NCBI GenBank assembly: GCA_900617105.1
Contig: UYFQ01000218.1
Span: 62,001 to 126,000 of the forward strand
From: Hydrurus foetidus
Taxonomy: Eukaryota
DNA: 64,000 nt
Reading direction: 5' to 3'
Both the position numbers and the translations under genes were made by a program. This document shows positions 39,463-53,600 of the stretch, piece by piece. The notes beneath the pieces are model-generated. The model was not told the origin of the DNA and did not search any database. It worked only from the letters and a program-made list of their open reading frames with translations. Position 1 is the stretch's first letter, and each line of letters starts with the position of its first letter.

Positions 39463-40337
39463 TTTTTGAGTGATAGGATCACTAGTGTGGCTGAACTTTG
39501 ACGTTTGATGTTTTACTGAGTTGTCTGGAGGCCGTGATGGGCGGACAGTGCCCACTAGCTCAGTTGTGACAGGTACGTTGATTTACAGCAGAGAGGTTCA
39601 CAGTTCTGGCGACTACGAGTCTGTCATGTGTTTTGAATATCATCGGGGGTGGAATCCTTTCAGCGTCCGACTTCACGCAACGCCAAGCGAATGATGACAG
39701 ACGGAACTTGCACATTTGATTTTGGGACTTGACTGGGCGGTGAAACTCTTATAAAAGCTTGTGTGCGGTGCGAACCTGGGTACGCATTCGTACACTTTTC
39801 AATTTTGACAATCGCACTCGACTCCGACTCTCCGACTCCACTCCAACCGTTTCTCGTTGAGATTCTGTAGTTTCGGTTTCATGTTGGAAGATAGGTATAC
39901 CGTACGCTTTATATCCCTGGGAAGACGTTTTATATTCAATTTGATTTCTTGTGATTATGATTAGCTGTTGTACGGGGTAATTGAGGCTTCTCAAATTCAG
40001 CGGATGTCAACAAAAAAACTCAGTAATTACTGACAAAAATTGAAGGCTGTTTGAAGTGCCTTCCAACAGTGTATTTGCATCAATAGAATCTCGGGGCAGT
40101 AGCCAACTGACGATACAACTAATGTTCCAACTGTGGATTTGCAGCACGAGTGACGTTCCTAATTCATATATGCAATACTGTTAGCCATCACAAATGTCTC
40201 CATCAGAAAACGTCTTCGTGGGAAGAATAAGATTTCTGTGCTGGAGTAAAAATTACCAAAATATTTACAATACATCCAAGGTACTGCACGAAGATTAAGG
40301 CAAGCATTCTGCAAAAAACAGAATATGAAAATGCTAT

Positions 40338-41660
40338 TCAGAACAACTCAGGAACCCAATTACCCGCACCGAGAGACGCTAGTCGTTTCCGGTTAATCTC
40401 ATTACTACACGCTAGATTTCTTATTACACCTTGACCAAAATCTAATACAGAATCTTCTTCAGAATCGTCAAAATCTGCCCAGTCATAAGTAATAATTGCA
40501 TCTGCTGCGTATTTTTGAAGAACTTTAATCACAATTTCACACATTCCTAGGTCTACAAAAGCAGCGACTATTTCTTGTATTACTATCGAGTCATTTCCAT
40601 ACCGATCTGTCAACGCGTTTGTTGCCATTACTGCGGCAAAAGCCACTTTTGCATTGAATTTCTCGCTGGGAAGACAGTGCACTTTTATTGCACTGATTAT
40701 GCCTTCAACCGCACCAACATTTTTCAATTTCATCTGTAATTCGCTTGTACTACATTGACTTAAGTTGTGTATCACTTGCAGACAGCAACAAGAAACTCTA
40801 CTGTTTTCCGAATATTTGTTCATAATGCATATGCAGTGTTCACAGAATCCAGCGTTGGCTAGTCGTATTCTGTCGGAAGTAAAACTGTTCTGCCAGTCCA
40901 CACACACGAGATGAGCCATAATCTCAGAACTTAGTTCTGCGAAATCTTCTTCGTGTAGGAATATTCTGCCTGTTTCTATGAGCACTGGTGCAATACCTGC
41001 AGCTGCTATTTGAAGAGAGATAGAGACAGTTACATTTGTTCGGAACATGTCATCAGCGAAGTCAACAATAATGCATGAGGAAGAGAACTCACCGATAGTG
41101 TCAGGTTCAAAATAGGCAATAGAATTAACTATGATGAATCCTTTCATTATGATATCAAAATTAACGGCAAGTGCGCTGTAGTGATACGAAAATATTATCC
41201 TCCAAATTCCCTCATGACCAAGGAGCTCATCAGGAATGCAGTCAAGAAAATTCATTTCGTATTCCACATCATCTGAGACTTCGTAATCAGTATTTATCCT
41301 AGCGCGAAGAGATGTGGCGAGGCAGTCACAGACCAATCTTACGTATCGGTGAGGTTGGTATTGATAATTGAATGCGTCTAAGGCCTCGAAAGCTTTCTCG
41401 CATATGGTGTCATCTGAAAAATACACGTCGAGTATGCTCACAAGGTACGATATAGTTGCGTCGAAGAGCCAGACATTCTTCTTTTTCTGAGCCGCGATGC
41501 ACTCCAGCACAAACTCAATCAGCGGGAAATCCCGAATTTCAATTGCTTCGCTCAAAGCATACTCTATTTCGTCCCAACTTTTTAGAGGAGGAAAGTCACG
41601 AGTGTTATCAGCACTTCTCACATAACTGGACTTTCTACGAAAGCTCGATAGTTCCGACAT
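40338..41660 (-). CDS. Armadillo-like helical repeat protein, intronless
   Basis: 440-aa ORF with ARM-like units (RIRLANAGFCEHCICIMNKY; MKLKNVGAVEGIISAIKVH; FVDLGMCEIVIKVLQKY; VIRNLACSNEINRKRLASLGA). Confidence 0.7.
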   Translation of the reverse strand: MSELSSFRRKSSYVRSADNTRDFPPLKSWDEIEYALSEAIEIRDFPLIEFVLECIAAQKKKNVWLFDATISYLVSILDVYFSDDTICEKAFEALDAFNYQYQPHRYVRLVCDCLATSLRARINTDYEVSDDVEYEMNFLDCIPDELLGHEGIWRIIFSYHYSALAVNFDIIMKGFIIVNSIAYFEPDTIGEFSSSCIIVDFADDMFRTNVTVSISLQIAAAGIAPVLIETGRIFLHEEDFAELSSEIMAHLVCVDWQNSFTSDRIRLANAGFCEHCICIMNKYSENSRVSCCCLQVIHNLSQCSTSELQMKLKNVGAVEGIISAIKVHCLPSEKFNAKVAFAAVMATNALTDRYGNDSIVIQEIVAAFVDLGMCEIVIKVLQKYAADAIITYDWADFDDSEEDSVLDFGQGVIRNLACSNEINRKRLASLGAGNWVPELF

Positions 41661-42095
41661 AGTGAATTACAGTGTTATGAGTACGAGGTCAGCTCTTTGT
41701 AAAGTCAAGGATCCCGATTTCCCGATTATGAGAGGCTTTTTTCATCGAAGCTAGAGGTGACAAAAAGAAATTTCCGAAGATAAGGAATTGAAGCCTCGTA
41801 GCACGGTCAAAATTTCACCAAATTAGAGAGTCGCCTCTTTGTCCAAGTTCGTCCATAGCACTCATTTAACTTGCATGAAAAGCTCTCCATAAACTGCTGA
41901 AGAGTGAAGATTTCAAAAGTCAAGTCGTCGTTGCTCGAACCAAGTCTGCGTTTTCAAGAAGCCGTAAGTTTCCGTTATACCCGCTCGCTACCGGCGCACT
42001 TCATGCGTTGGTGCGTTGGTGCGTTGGTGCATGAAACTGAAACTATCTCTCAGCTCATTCCTTGATGCAGCTGAAATTTTTCCTCCACAGAAGCG

Positions 42096-43608
42096 ATGGA
42101 CGACCTGGAAAGTCATGATGATGGTCGTGCATCTCCAGTTGCAGCGCTCAAAATATTGGCACAAAACTTCAAAGTACGTCACCCCGTATCTACGGTGTTA
42201 ATAAGATGATCTTGTATGTTTCTCTGCTTCATAAGATGATGAAATATCAGTATATGGCGCTGCATTGGATCAGATAGAACAAATGAAGCTCATCGCAATC
42301 AAGTGTTGACTCTCCCTAACGATCTCAACTGTACTGCGTCTCCAATAAGCTTTTCGAGGAGTTAAAAATACAGCGGCAACATCGCTATCTCATATTTGAA
42401 TTAGATAATGCTTGCGTCAAAGGTAAACAGCAGAACAATGGACTCTATTGCAAACGATCATATGAATCCTGCGTTTAATTGCACCCTCGCGGAATCAGAA
42501 GACGTACGTAGTATTTCTTCTTTGAGTACAACCAAGGTTAAAATTGTCCATCAACGACATATATTCCTTTACTGCAGTTGGAAAAATTGGAGCAAGAGAA
42601 GAGGTGACCACTAACCTACCATCTGCAAGCATTATTGTAACTCCCTTCCGACAATGTATAGATTCCTTAATACTGCAGCATTTCATGCTTGTGTAGACTT
42701 TTCAAGACTTCGCAAGAAATCTTTCATCTTCGATGTGCAAATACTGCCTCTACGATCAAGAAATCGTGACTGGTAAATCAGAACTTGAGTGTTGAATTCA
42801 TGACAGTAAGAGCTTGTTAATCGATCCTTACTTCCAATAACTGCACTGATTGAATAGCGGTGATTTAATCTTCTTTAACTCTTCAATTCTACTAGATGAT
42901 AAGCGTCAGAAATCGAAGTTATGGCTTATATCTTGGATGCCTCACAGTAGTTCCCCACACAGCAAAATGAGCTATACGGTAAGTAGAGTAATCTCAGTCT
43001 ACGTAATGTTCTTTACTACTCTGTTTTGCTCCATTTCTTCTTGCTGTCTTTATTTTAATCGAATTTCACAATTATTTTTTTCATATTTATTATTTACCTT
43101 ATCTTCTTCTTGCATATTTATCTGTTGTGGCATTGCATATTATTGCTGCAGTACTATATAGCTGCTGCAGTTCAAGGTAGAATGTAATGATCAACATTAT
43201 ACAGTGATGAAACGCTCTGATTAATATTCCGTTTGGATTTTCTGTTGCAGTCTGCGAGGAAATCTTTCACAGCACAATTTACAGGAACGTTCGATGTACA
43301 ATGTGGGAGGTAAATACTATGGACCTTGAACCTAAGATTCCACACATCAAATCTCAAATTTCTATTTCGGTTATGTTGAAACTAATTTGAAATGTTGTGA
43401 AAATCTCTTTCACTTTCCTTTTCTATGATATTCGATTGATTTAGATAGGCGACATTTTAGTCACGTTATTTTCTATCGTGTTTTATTTCACATCTAATCA
43501 ATTACTATTTTTAACATTTGTTCTGTACTTTCTAGTGTGAGAGAAATTGAACAATATTTCGGACTAAAAATTGAACAAGATGATGTCGAAGAAGAATTCG
43601 AATTTTAG
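42096..43608 (+). CDS. ADF/cofilin family actin-depolymerising factor; ~7 short exons, start codon tentative
   Basis: Spliced exons 42350-42422, 42578-42603, 42697-42772, 42896-42978, 43251-43309 and 43536-43608 read in frame: LFEELKIQRQHRYLIFELDNACVKVGKIGAREETFQDFARNLSSSMCKYCLYDQEIVTDDKRQKSKLWLISWMPHSSSPHSKMSYTSARKSFTAQFTGTFDVQCGSVREIEQYFGLKIEQDDVEEEFEF*, a typical ADF-H pattern. Putative first exon ~42096-42173. Confidence 0.85.
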
Positions 43609-44684
43609 TATTAATATCTCCATCAAGCACATAACGCGGCGTTATATATAATATGGTATAAATGCCCTTCTACTATGCGGAGGAATAAAAGTAAATAAAA
43701 AGGAAATAAAGTCAAACATTTACAATAACAATTTTATTGAAAAGAAAAACAGACGATAAAATTTTCAATTTTCATTTAGACATCTTAATTAACTCACACA
43801 TTTTATCAGACTGAAATATCACCACATGTCCAATTTTTAGTAGGCATTCTGGTGCATGACAGTATTCACACATCTGATATATATGCATACTTTCGTGTTT
43901 TTGTCAAATACTGTACTACACCGTACTGCACTGTACCGTAGTGTAGTGTAGTGCACTGTACTGTACGATACCTGGTGATCAGTACGTTACACCTCTGAAG
44001 AGTTCAAGTTCAAGCACCTCGGAGAAATGCAATCAATTCTTTAACTACGTCAGTACAATTTCTACACGTTTGTCATTAAACTTTTTTTACTGACTTCTGG
44101 CAAGCCGACTGCAAGGTGAGATGAGAGATGACTCTGTAAATGATGTAGTCAACAAGAAGCTCTTAAAGAAAAAGAACTGATGCAATGACAGCGAAACTAG
44201 TGTTATCTTATGACAAGTATAACATTGCATTCCAGACGAAATGGTTGCGACCATTTTTTGCAGGGCTAATCATTCTTCCTGAGAGAGAAAGTAATGAGAA
44301 GTTACGATGTGAGATATTCCGTTCCAACAGGGGATATGATACAGCTAAATGGTGATTCTCAATTCAGTGCCAACGAATAGTTTTGAAAATAAGTATGCAG
44401 GTTTCTGACGTCACGAAGCTTTCGGCAGTCTTCCACTCCAACTCAAAAAGTAGAGACTAAAAACTAGAGACTAAAATAAGTGGTAAGAAGAACTTCAGAA
44501 TAGTTAGGATTACTGATCAGTGTTCAAACCGACACGTTGCGTGTAATGACCTCATATTGTGTATCAGTAATCTAATATTTTGTACACGTACATATTTCGT
44601 GTATTTAGTTTCACTACTCTCAAATGCAGTGCTAGCAGTCTCTTTTTCATAACTGATAATGATTTAGTACTAATAATTTCCTAT

Positions 44685-47600
44685 TCAGTAGGATTTGCTG
44701 TTCGAGCTTTCTCTGTCCCAGTGGGCGAGAGACCGACCTAAACCAGATAAAACAAACGTCGAATAAAGTGCATGTAAATTAATTGTGAATGCGTGTATAA
44801 ATTGAATGTTTGATCTTGAATAGGCATTCTTTGCAAGTTTTTAAGTCCCGTTCTTTGGAGTAAAAATGACATAGCGTCAATGATGTCCGATTCCAAGCAT
44901 TGAGTTTCTACATCCTATGAAAAGCTAAGTATACTGCACACGAATAATCAATAGATATTCCGTAATCATAACCTATATGAACGTACGAACACAAAGCAGT
45001 ACTTACCGGAATGTCTGATGTCAGAGGAAAGAATTCTTTCTCGGAACGTTCCGCGTTGTTTGAATAGTTGGTCTTGCACTGCATAACCCTATGGGACAAA
45101 AACATGTTCAGATTTAGACTCAGAATCGGACTCAGCTTGAGGAATGTGTGTAATTGCTGATCCACTTTTAATCTGGACCCACCCCTAGACACGACAGTCC
45201 ATACACACTATCTGTACCGTACTGAAACGTATGGTACAGATAGTGTGTGTGAAATGTCGTTTATAGGGGTAAGTCCAGATTAAAAATGGATCAGCAATTG
45301 ACAATCAAACAATTCCCTAGGGATATAGATTACGATGAAAAAACAGAATGTACACAAAAAAGATTTGGATTGAAAAAATGACCATATTGGACCTCACAGA
45401 AAATAAAAAATAAAAATAAAATAAAATTTGAAGGACATAAACTCTCCTGCATAATGGTGAAATGAAGAATTGTAAATGTGGTGCAAAAGAAGACAAGACG
45501 CAATGGCTGTTTCTTAGCGGTCACCTTCAATGTTCCATCATATAATAATTGAGCGATGAAATTATCCACCGGAGCATTAATTGGCAAGTTATTTAATAAA
45601 ATATTAATTGCTTTTCCTCTCAATAAATAAGCGTGTAAGCACCACACATAACTAGGTTCGATTATATCACCACCGCGAAAAAACCTTTTATTGCAATTTC
45701 TAGGTATCACATGACCTAGGTAACAAACGTCAAAATCGTTGGGTATTTTCTGTTTTATTAACCTATTCAATATCGATTGAAATCCATCACTACCAATATT
45801 ATTTGTCACATCCGCATCATCTTCAAATATTAAATACCAGTCATTCTTTTCATCCATTTCATTACTAACACTTGTACAGCCAATATTTTCCGGAATTTTA
45901 TTTCCAAAATCCGAAACTTTTTTTTTCTTATTTCTACGGTTTTGACTTTCCACCCCACCGGTTGCTTGGGGAATAACTTGGACCCATCCCCCGCCCATTC
46001 TACAAAATAGAAAAGTTTCTTTGGAAATCGTTAAAAAATCTGAATCATTTCTATTTTCGGAATTATTTTTTAATTTATTTTCTGTGTTGCTGCTATCTGC
46101 TTCTATTTCTGAATTTTCATTTTTATTTCCATTTATGTTCTGATTTACTTCTGAATTAAATTCAGATTTTGATGAATGTCTGGAATCTCCGGTCTGAGTT
46201 CTTTGTGTTGAATTCCTAAACATATTTTCTCTTAACAAAGATATATGACGCCACACACGAAGATGCGAAGCGGCACAAGCTCTCTCCGATGCAGTCATAG
46301 GTGTGGATGCATTGACAGTGCATTTGGAGTCAAATGTACTGTTTAGTGTGCTGTTCCAATAGAGGGATACATCACTCTCCAGCACTGAAAAGGGGCTAAA
46401 ATGCAAATGTTATTTAGTAGTCAAGAGGGAGGGAAAAATTGTAACATATTAGAATAAAAGTGTATTAAAATTTGGACCACATTGTATGAGTGTGCTGGGG
46501 TAAATAAAAAAAATTGAAAATAAAAAACAAAATGGAGCTAGGAGGTTGCGATAATGAAAAAATGACGAGAAATTGAATCGGGTAAATGTCGCCACTAAGT
46601 TTGAAGAAGGTGAAAGAATAAGAGTGATGTAAACGAAACAAAGGGGAATGTAAACATGAAATGGGAGAATGGGGAAAAATGACATGACGAAAATGAGAAT
46701 TAAAATGTAAATGACACATTATAAATAAATAAAAGAATAAAATTTATCGCAATCCATTTCGAAAAATCAAATTATCGAAGAAATAATGTGGACAGTTTGT
46801 CAAGATAAACAATAATTAAATGTTACTTCACAAGATACCAATGACGGAATAATAAAAGACAACACAACACTTTATTTATAAAACAAAGTCCACACCTGTT
46901 TTCGGATCTACTTGATAACGGATTCCTGTCGGTTGAATCCGGTATTTTTAATCCGTCAAATGCGCTTATACGGATTCCACTCAAACCGTTTAATTCACAC
47001 ATTTTTGCTATTTTATTCCATCTAAAATATGAGTAAGCATGAAATTCGGAATTCATGTATTAAAATATTGCCATTGAATATACTCAGCAAAATTATTAAA
47101 ATCGAACAAGAGATTCTCGTGCATGATCTAGAAGGATATATACTGTAATTTATTTTGAATCAGCGACACTCGTCATACAGTCCCGTGATCCATAAACCAA
47201 ATGTTTAGATATTATCATCAGAAACACCATTTATATACATTTTGCATCTGATATAAAGCGAGTATTATATCAGATAAAAAAGGAAAATAAATAAATAAAT
47301 AAATAAACAAACAAACAAATAAATAAATAAATATATAAATGAATACATAAATAAATATATAAATAAATAATCAAACAAACAAACAAATAAATAAATAGAC
47401 AAATAAATCAGATATTCAATGAATATATATGTAAACATGTGAATGAATCAAAAAGTAAGTAGATGGACATATAAATATGTGCATGAACAGGCAAGTAAAT
47501 AAAAAATAAAAAAATAAATAAACAAATCAATCAATAAATCAATCAATCAATTGATAAAGAAAGAAAGAAAGAAACCAATTTATCATACCACTTAACATAA

Positions 47601-50600
47601 ATTTGCATACCTGTCAGGTCGTCTGTCTAGATTAATAACGAAAGCTGGTGTGCGTCTGGCTGCAGAATTGATCCACATAGATATATCCTTCGGAAGTACG
47701 TATGTGCGGTGTGTGTGGGGTATAATTGGTATGTGGTGTGTTGAGTTGGCCGATGATGCTGCTAATGAGGAGGAGGAGGAGGAAGAAGAACAAGAAGAGG
47801 CGGAAGAAGAGTGATCAGAATTGGACAAAACACACGTCCCTTCGCTGTTCCGGTTAAAATCAGACAGAGCGCTGTACACCCTTTTCAACAATTGTGCAGC
47901 GAGAATTATTTCGTGCGTCATCGAAGCACTTCCAGAAGGACCCAGAGGAACCGGGACCGTAATCAGGAATCTGGGTGTAGAGGGATAGAGTGGATGAAAG
48001 GATGGTGGTGAGAGGAAGTGTTAAGGTGTTTTAAGAGGGACTGGAGGAAGGGTTTCAGTTAAATGACAGGGAGAGGAAAATAGAAAAGTGGAAGGGAAGG
48101 AAAGGGGAGATGAAGAGGGAGAGAAAAGGGAGAGGGCTAAGAGAGTGAAATTAAAACAAAAACAGAAATGAGGACTACGACTACAGAAAAGGTTACAAGA
48201 AAAAAGAGCACAGAAAGAAGAGGCAGAATAGACAGGAGTCAGAAGTGCTAATCACCTGACGGCCTGCAGCACAAGACTAGAGAAAGGAGCTAGCGCTCTA
48301 CCGCACACACGACTCTCCACATCTCGACACTCCTTCAGCAGTGCACGTACACTGTTAGTGGTCAGTACGTACACTCTTTCAAACAATGCAGAGGCGATTA
48401 GTGACGCAATGTCTTTCACGCTTTCCCCCAGGGAAATCCATTTTTTAGTTTCTTCTATATCGCTGTGCGATGCGAGATTTGATATTCTCATTCTCTGCTG
48501 ATTGGATGCTAGGCATCAAGGTGGGAGAATTGAGATAAAGTGAGATAAAGTGAGATAAGAGGAGTTTTAATCAAAAAATAGCAGGAGATGAGAGAAGGAG
48601 TTAGGAGTATGACTCAAAAAATAAATTAAAAATACAGAATACTGAATATTGGAGATGGCTGAAAGATTGATTTCAATTTTTCGTGTTGTCATCATTTATT
48701 GACAAACTTATCAAACTTATCTTATGAGTAATTAAATGATTCTTTTCAGTGTGGAATAGAGTAGAGATCATTACCTTTGTTTGTCCGTGTGTCCGTCATC
48801 ACAGCTTCATTCATTTCCACCTCTTCGTTGCTAGAAAAAGCATACTTTTCTATCTTCAATTTGGTTTCTTTGACACAATGATCCATTAAATTTGAAGCCT
48901 CGAGAAGCTTCTCAGGTGTTACACTTGTTCCTAAGAAATCGAAAATTAAAAAATTAAATAAATGAAATTGATTTCATTACAGAAGTATCGATTAACGAAA
49001 TACATCTATTTATATCGATTTTAAAAATGTATAAAATGAAATTCTTTACAGAGAGGAATCGAATTTTTTTGCAATTTATTGACTGTCATCTCCACAGAAT
49101 TGAAATTTTCACTCAGTAAAAGATATTATGTTTTAGAATAGCAGTGAGGAAGTGGACACAAAAGTGATGATGAAAACTACAAGAAATTGTAGTTCAAAAA
49201 TTCAAAAAAATTATACCAGCAAAAAAACATCATTCTCTTTCGGAATTACAAGAATGACGAGAAGTCGAGAGATGTTAACGTGTTCGTAGCAATTGGTTGA
49301 AAAAATAAAAAAAATAATGGTATTACCTTGAAAAAGAATCATTGAGGGCGATTTACAATCCGAGGGATCTTGGACCTCTAAAAACCAGGATAAAGAAAGT
49401 TCCCTCACCAATACTTTCAACTGATCAATTCTTGTTTGTAAGCGAGATTCGAGTGTTAAGCCGCCACCGCTTACCCCAACTCTCCATCCACATAAAATAG
49501 GATCGTAATCAGTCATAGCAGAAGTTGTTAGCGCGATTAAATTTGTTAATGAATTGTTTATTACGTTCATTATATTGTATAATTTTTCGTTATCTTTTAT
49601 TTCTTTTGTTTTCACGTTTCCTAAGTCAGTATCAGAAAAGCATTTTTCACCACCTATACTTAATGTTTTTTTCCTGCCACTTTTCCTCTTTCTATTGTTC
49701 ATCAACTCGTCAGCATTTTCAAATTCTATCGTAGACTGAATTCCAGCACTCTGTTCTAATGAGAATAATGTTTTATAATGATTTCTGAAATGTTTCAACG
49801 AGCACTGTTCAACTAATACTAAATTGTATTCTATTTGTGCACTATCATTGTTAGGATTTTTTTTGTTAATACTGTTGTTACTTAAGTTATGATTTATTTC
49901 ATCATTTTCGTTGTTATCACTATCATCAAAATCACCATTACTAATCAGAGATGAAAAGTCGATATCAAACGATGAATTCAATACCAAATCTTTCACAGTA
50001 AAATTAATCATTTCCGAAGATGCGAGGGGTGAGCTTGTCTTCACAAATCCATTTACGTCCCTCCAATTATTTAGTGCGTCATTAAATACCTCCACCAAAT
50101 TTTCATCAGTTTCGTTGATTAAGAAACTTTTCCCTAATTCTAAAATTGATTTTTCATCCCCAATAATGTCATTTTCAAATGAATTATTTTCATTTTTGTT
50201 TTCAACAATAATTTTCAAATTATTTGTATCGCACAGATCATGGCACGTACGCAATAAATATAGTACAGATGTCGCTTGAGCCCTTATACCCGACAATCCT
50301 AAGCATTCCAATGGGTTGGAAATAGAGAGAGAACTAGAACTAGATGGTGGAGTAAGTACGGTGGGAACGTACACAGAATCTGTGTGTGTTTTTACAGTCA
50401 GATTTTTATTTTTAGAAGGAGTAGGTATACTAGGAGAATGCGATGAGAGAGAATGGGATGGCGATGTCTTTTGATGAGATAGATGAGGTGAAGAGAGAGG
50501 AGATGTAGGGGAAGGAAGAAGAAGAAGAAAGAAGAAGGAGGGAGAGAGAGGTAGTTGATGTCAGGTTGAGAACTCAGTAGTATTGCACGCCACACACCAA

Positions 50601-53600
50601 TCTTCCTTGATAAATACTGGATTTCAAAAAAACCCTGATCGACCCTCTCAAGTGCCGAAGAACGTACGCTGTTACACTCACTGACTTCCGTACTTACAGA
50701 CCCTTTATCCTTTAGTGCGTCAGTAATACATCCTTTGTATGCTTTGTCTAGGAACATATTTATGTCCAATCCAAATGCCACGTCATTAGAAACGGACAAA
50801 GAAGGTTTTTCAAAAGTTTCGAGAATTTCTCTGGAATCTTCAAGTCTCGGATCCACTTCAATTTTATTTTTATTATTCGTAATCATTCCTTCTAGTGCTG
50901 CAATTATTTCCGTTATTTTTGTTTTCGTAATTTCAAGATCAAAATGTGCTGCAACTGCTGTGGTGTTTTTCAGTGCGCCTCTCTGTGGTGTTTTGTAAGG
51001 CAAGAATTAGTCTTAATTTAGTGGGGTTTGACGATTGCGCATATGTGTGAGAGATGGCACGTTAACATAAGCAAAAGTGAAGAAAGCAAGTATATCTGCA
51101 TGCATGTCTGCAAATAAATGAATGAATAAAAATAAATAGATAAATAAATAAATACATACACATCTAAGTGGGTATGTGCATACGATCGTGTGGGTCGACA
51201 AAAATCTGAAACAAATACAAGGCGGTTGAGCAATCACGACATGAACTCACTTTCTGTATGTTCAAAAGTTGAATTTGAAACCGTGTAAAAAGAAAAAACA
51301 ATCCCGGCCCCCAGGGGATTAAAGATTTCAAATGATATCCAAATCGGTTAAATGACGAGGGGGAAAGAGTATGTGCAAGTGCTATAACAGCTCCGAGGGA
51401 AGGATAACTTGAAGTTAGTAGAGATAGATCTGTTAAGAATCCAATGACGTAAAGAAAAGAACCCTGTTTATGTATACGATATGTTGAAAAGTATTAGAAA
51501 TAATGCAATGAAAAATGATGTGGCTCTAGACTGATCGATTCAGCAAAAGATTTTATATGCGATATGTAGAAATATTATAGTTATGCATTAGTAATAAGTT
51601 ATATATTCGAAATGAAAGATTTTGTTGAGGAAATATCCAAGAGGAGTATAGATAGTATAACCCCTTACGTCACGTAAATCAGTGTCGAATTATTGTCGAA
51701 CAACATTCCAGAATACAGCATCATATTCTTGATATGAAATAATACAGAGGTACTAAAAACAACACGATTTCATGTAAAAGTAAATATCATAAAAAGTAAC
51801 GTAACGTACAATCAGTACTTACCGTTCTAAGCCCCAATGTTGTAACGAACAAAACCACAGCCGCTTGATGTAAGTCTTTGGAACTCTGCTCGTCCCTCTG
51901 GGGGAAGGAATCTGGGTCCAAAGTCCGCTGATGGGTGGAACTATCCGGTATCTTACGGTATCCTTCTTCTTCGTCATTGCGATTTTCATCGTAATTGTGA
52001 CAAGACGCATCTCCAGCTTCAGTATCTTCTTCCTCTTCTTCTTGGCCTTTTCTGCTCCCTCGTCTGTCGCTATCTCTGTCACTCTCCTCATCACCATCAC
52101 TACCACCTTCATCTCTGTCTGATTTCCAGCACGGAGCATCACCATCTCCATCGCCATCTTCTTGCTCCTTAGAGGAATCAGGCCCATCAGACATCGTCCC
52201 TCCTCCTCCTCCACCTCCACCTCTTTTACTTTCTTCTCCGATTCCCTCTATATCTCCTTCATCACTATCATCATTATCATCATCATCATCATTAATGCAA
52301 ACAACTCTTTTATTTCTAAAACAGTTTTTACTACTTTTTATACGGTTTTCGTTATTTTGTATACGGTTTTTATTATTTTGTATACGGTTTTCATTATTTC
52401 TGATGGACTCTGAATTGAAGTCAGAATCACTGTCAGAATCATTTTTACAACGAATTCTTTTTTTACCCACACTTTCCAAAACATCTTCATCATCATTCTT
52501 ATCATCTTTTTTACTCGGTATTTTATGTCCATTTGTATAGTTTTCAATTGCATCTAGGTCGTATTCTTTTTTAATTAGTTTTTTACAGCTATTATCTTTT
52601 TTGTCATTATTGTCAGTGCTGCTTTCTGATTCACTGTCAGAAGAGTCTAGTCCCATTAACATTGCTAACCCCGCCCTCCTGCTTTCCTCATCATCATCTT
52701 TATCTTCTTCATCATCATCCTTATCTTGTTCGTTCTCATTCTCATTTTTCTCATCGTTTCTATTTTTATCTCTGCATTTATTTATTACGTCAGTATTCAT
52801 TTCATCGGTACTATGCCTCCCATGCGCTTGAGTAACAGCAACACCTCCTTGCACACTACCTTGACTAGAATGAGTTAAAAAAGATTCTTCGATTATTTCC
52901 CAACCATCTGATCGTAGAGAGTCAATGACAAAAGGAACAACGATTTCATCCTCATCCCCATCCTCATCCATCCCTATTTCCATATCCATTTTCATTCCCA
53001 TTTTTACTCTCATCTCCTTTTTTTTCTCTTTATGTTTATCTTTTATGTAAGAAAATATTTTTTCTGTTTTTTCTCTTCCTTTTATTTTAGACCTTGAGGG
53101 GTTAATTGCAGCATCAAATAAGAATGCTAATGGATCTTCTATTCGATTTCTGAAAACAGCCAGTGCAGCGTCTTTCAATTTAGGGAGTAATAATAGACCT
53201 GTTTTAGGGGGAATATTGCACTTTTTTAGGAAGAGTGCAGTTAATCTGATTGAGAGGGAAAATTGCGATATTGTAATAAGATATATACAGCACTGCAGCG
53301 CAACGTTATTTGAGGAAGCAGAATACAGAATACGATATCATATTGGTTCTGAATGTTGGAATAAATTAAATTGTTTAAGCAGGAAGCTAATTAAAAACTG
53401 CTGTATAGCTGAAGGAAAGATCAAAACTTTGTTGACGTATGTACATTATCCATCCGCTCTATTCTCTTCTATTCTGTAGAAGACTATATTGAATAATCAA
53501 ACCACACGTACAGTACAGCATCATACAATTTATTCAGAACAAAAACAAAAAGCAATAAATATCTATTTATAAAAATGGGTACTGATAAGATGACATATCT

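Noticed and set aside
50380..50600. Apparent frameshift between ORFs 50398-51003 and 49211-50374
   Set aside because: Can be explained by an intron on the minus strand (G|GTGTGT donor, pyrimidine-rich body, CTGAC branch site, CACAG acceptor) that restores the frame.
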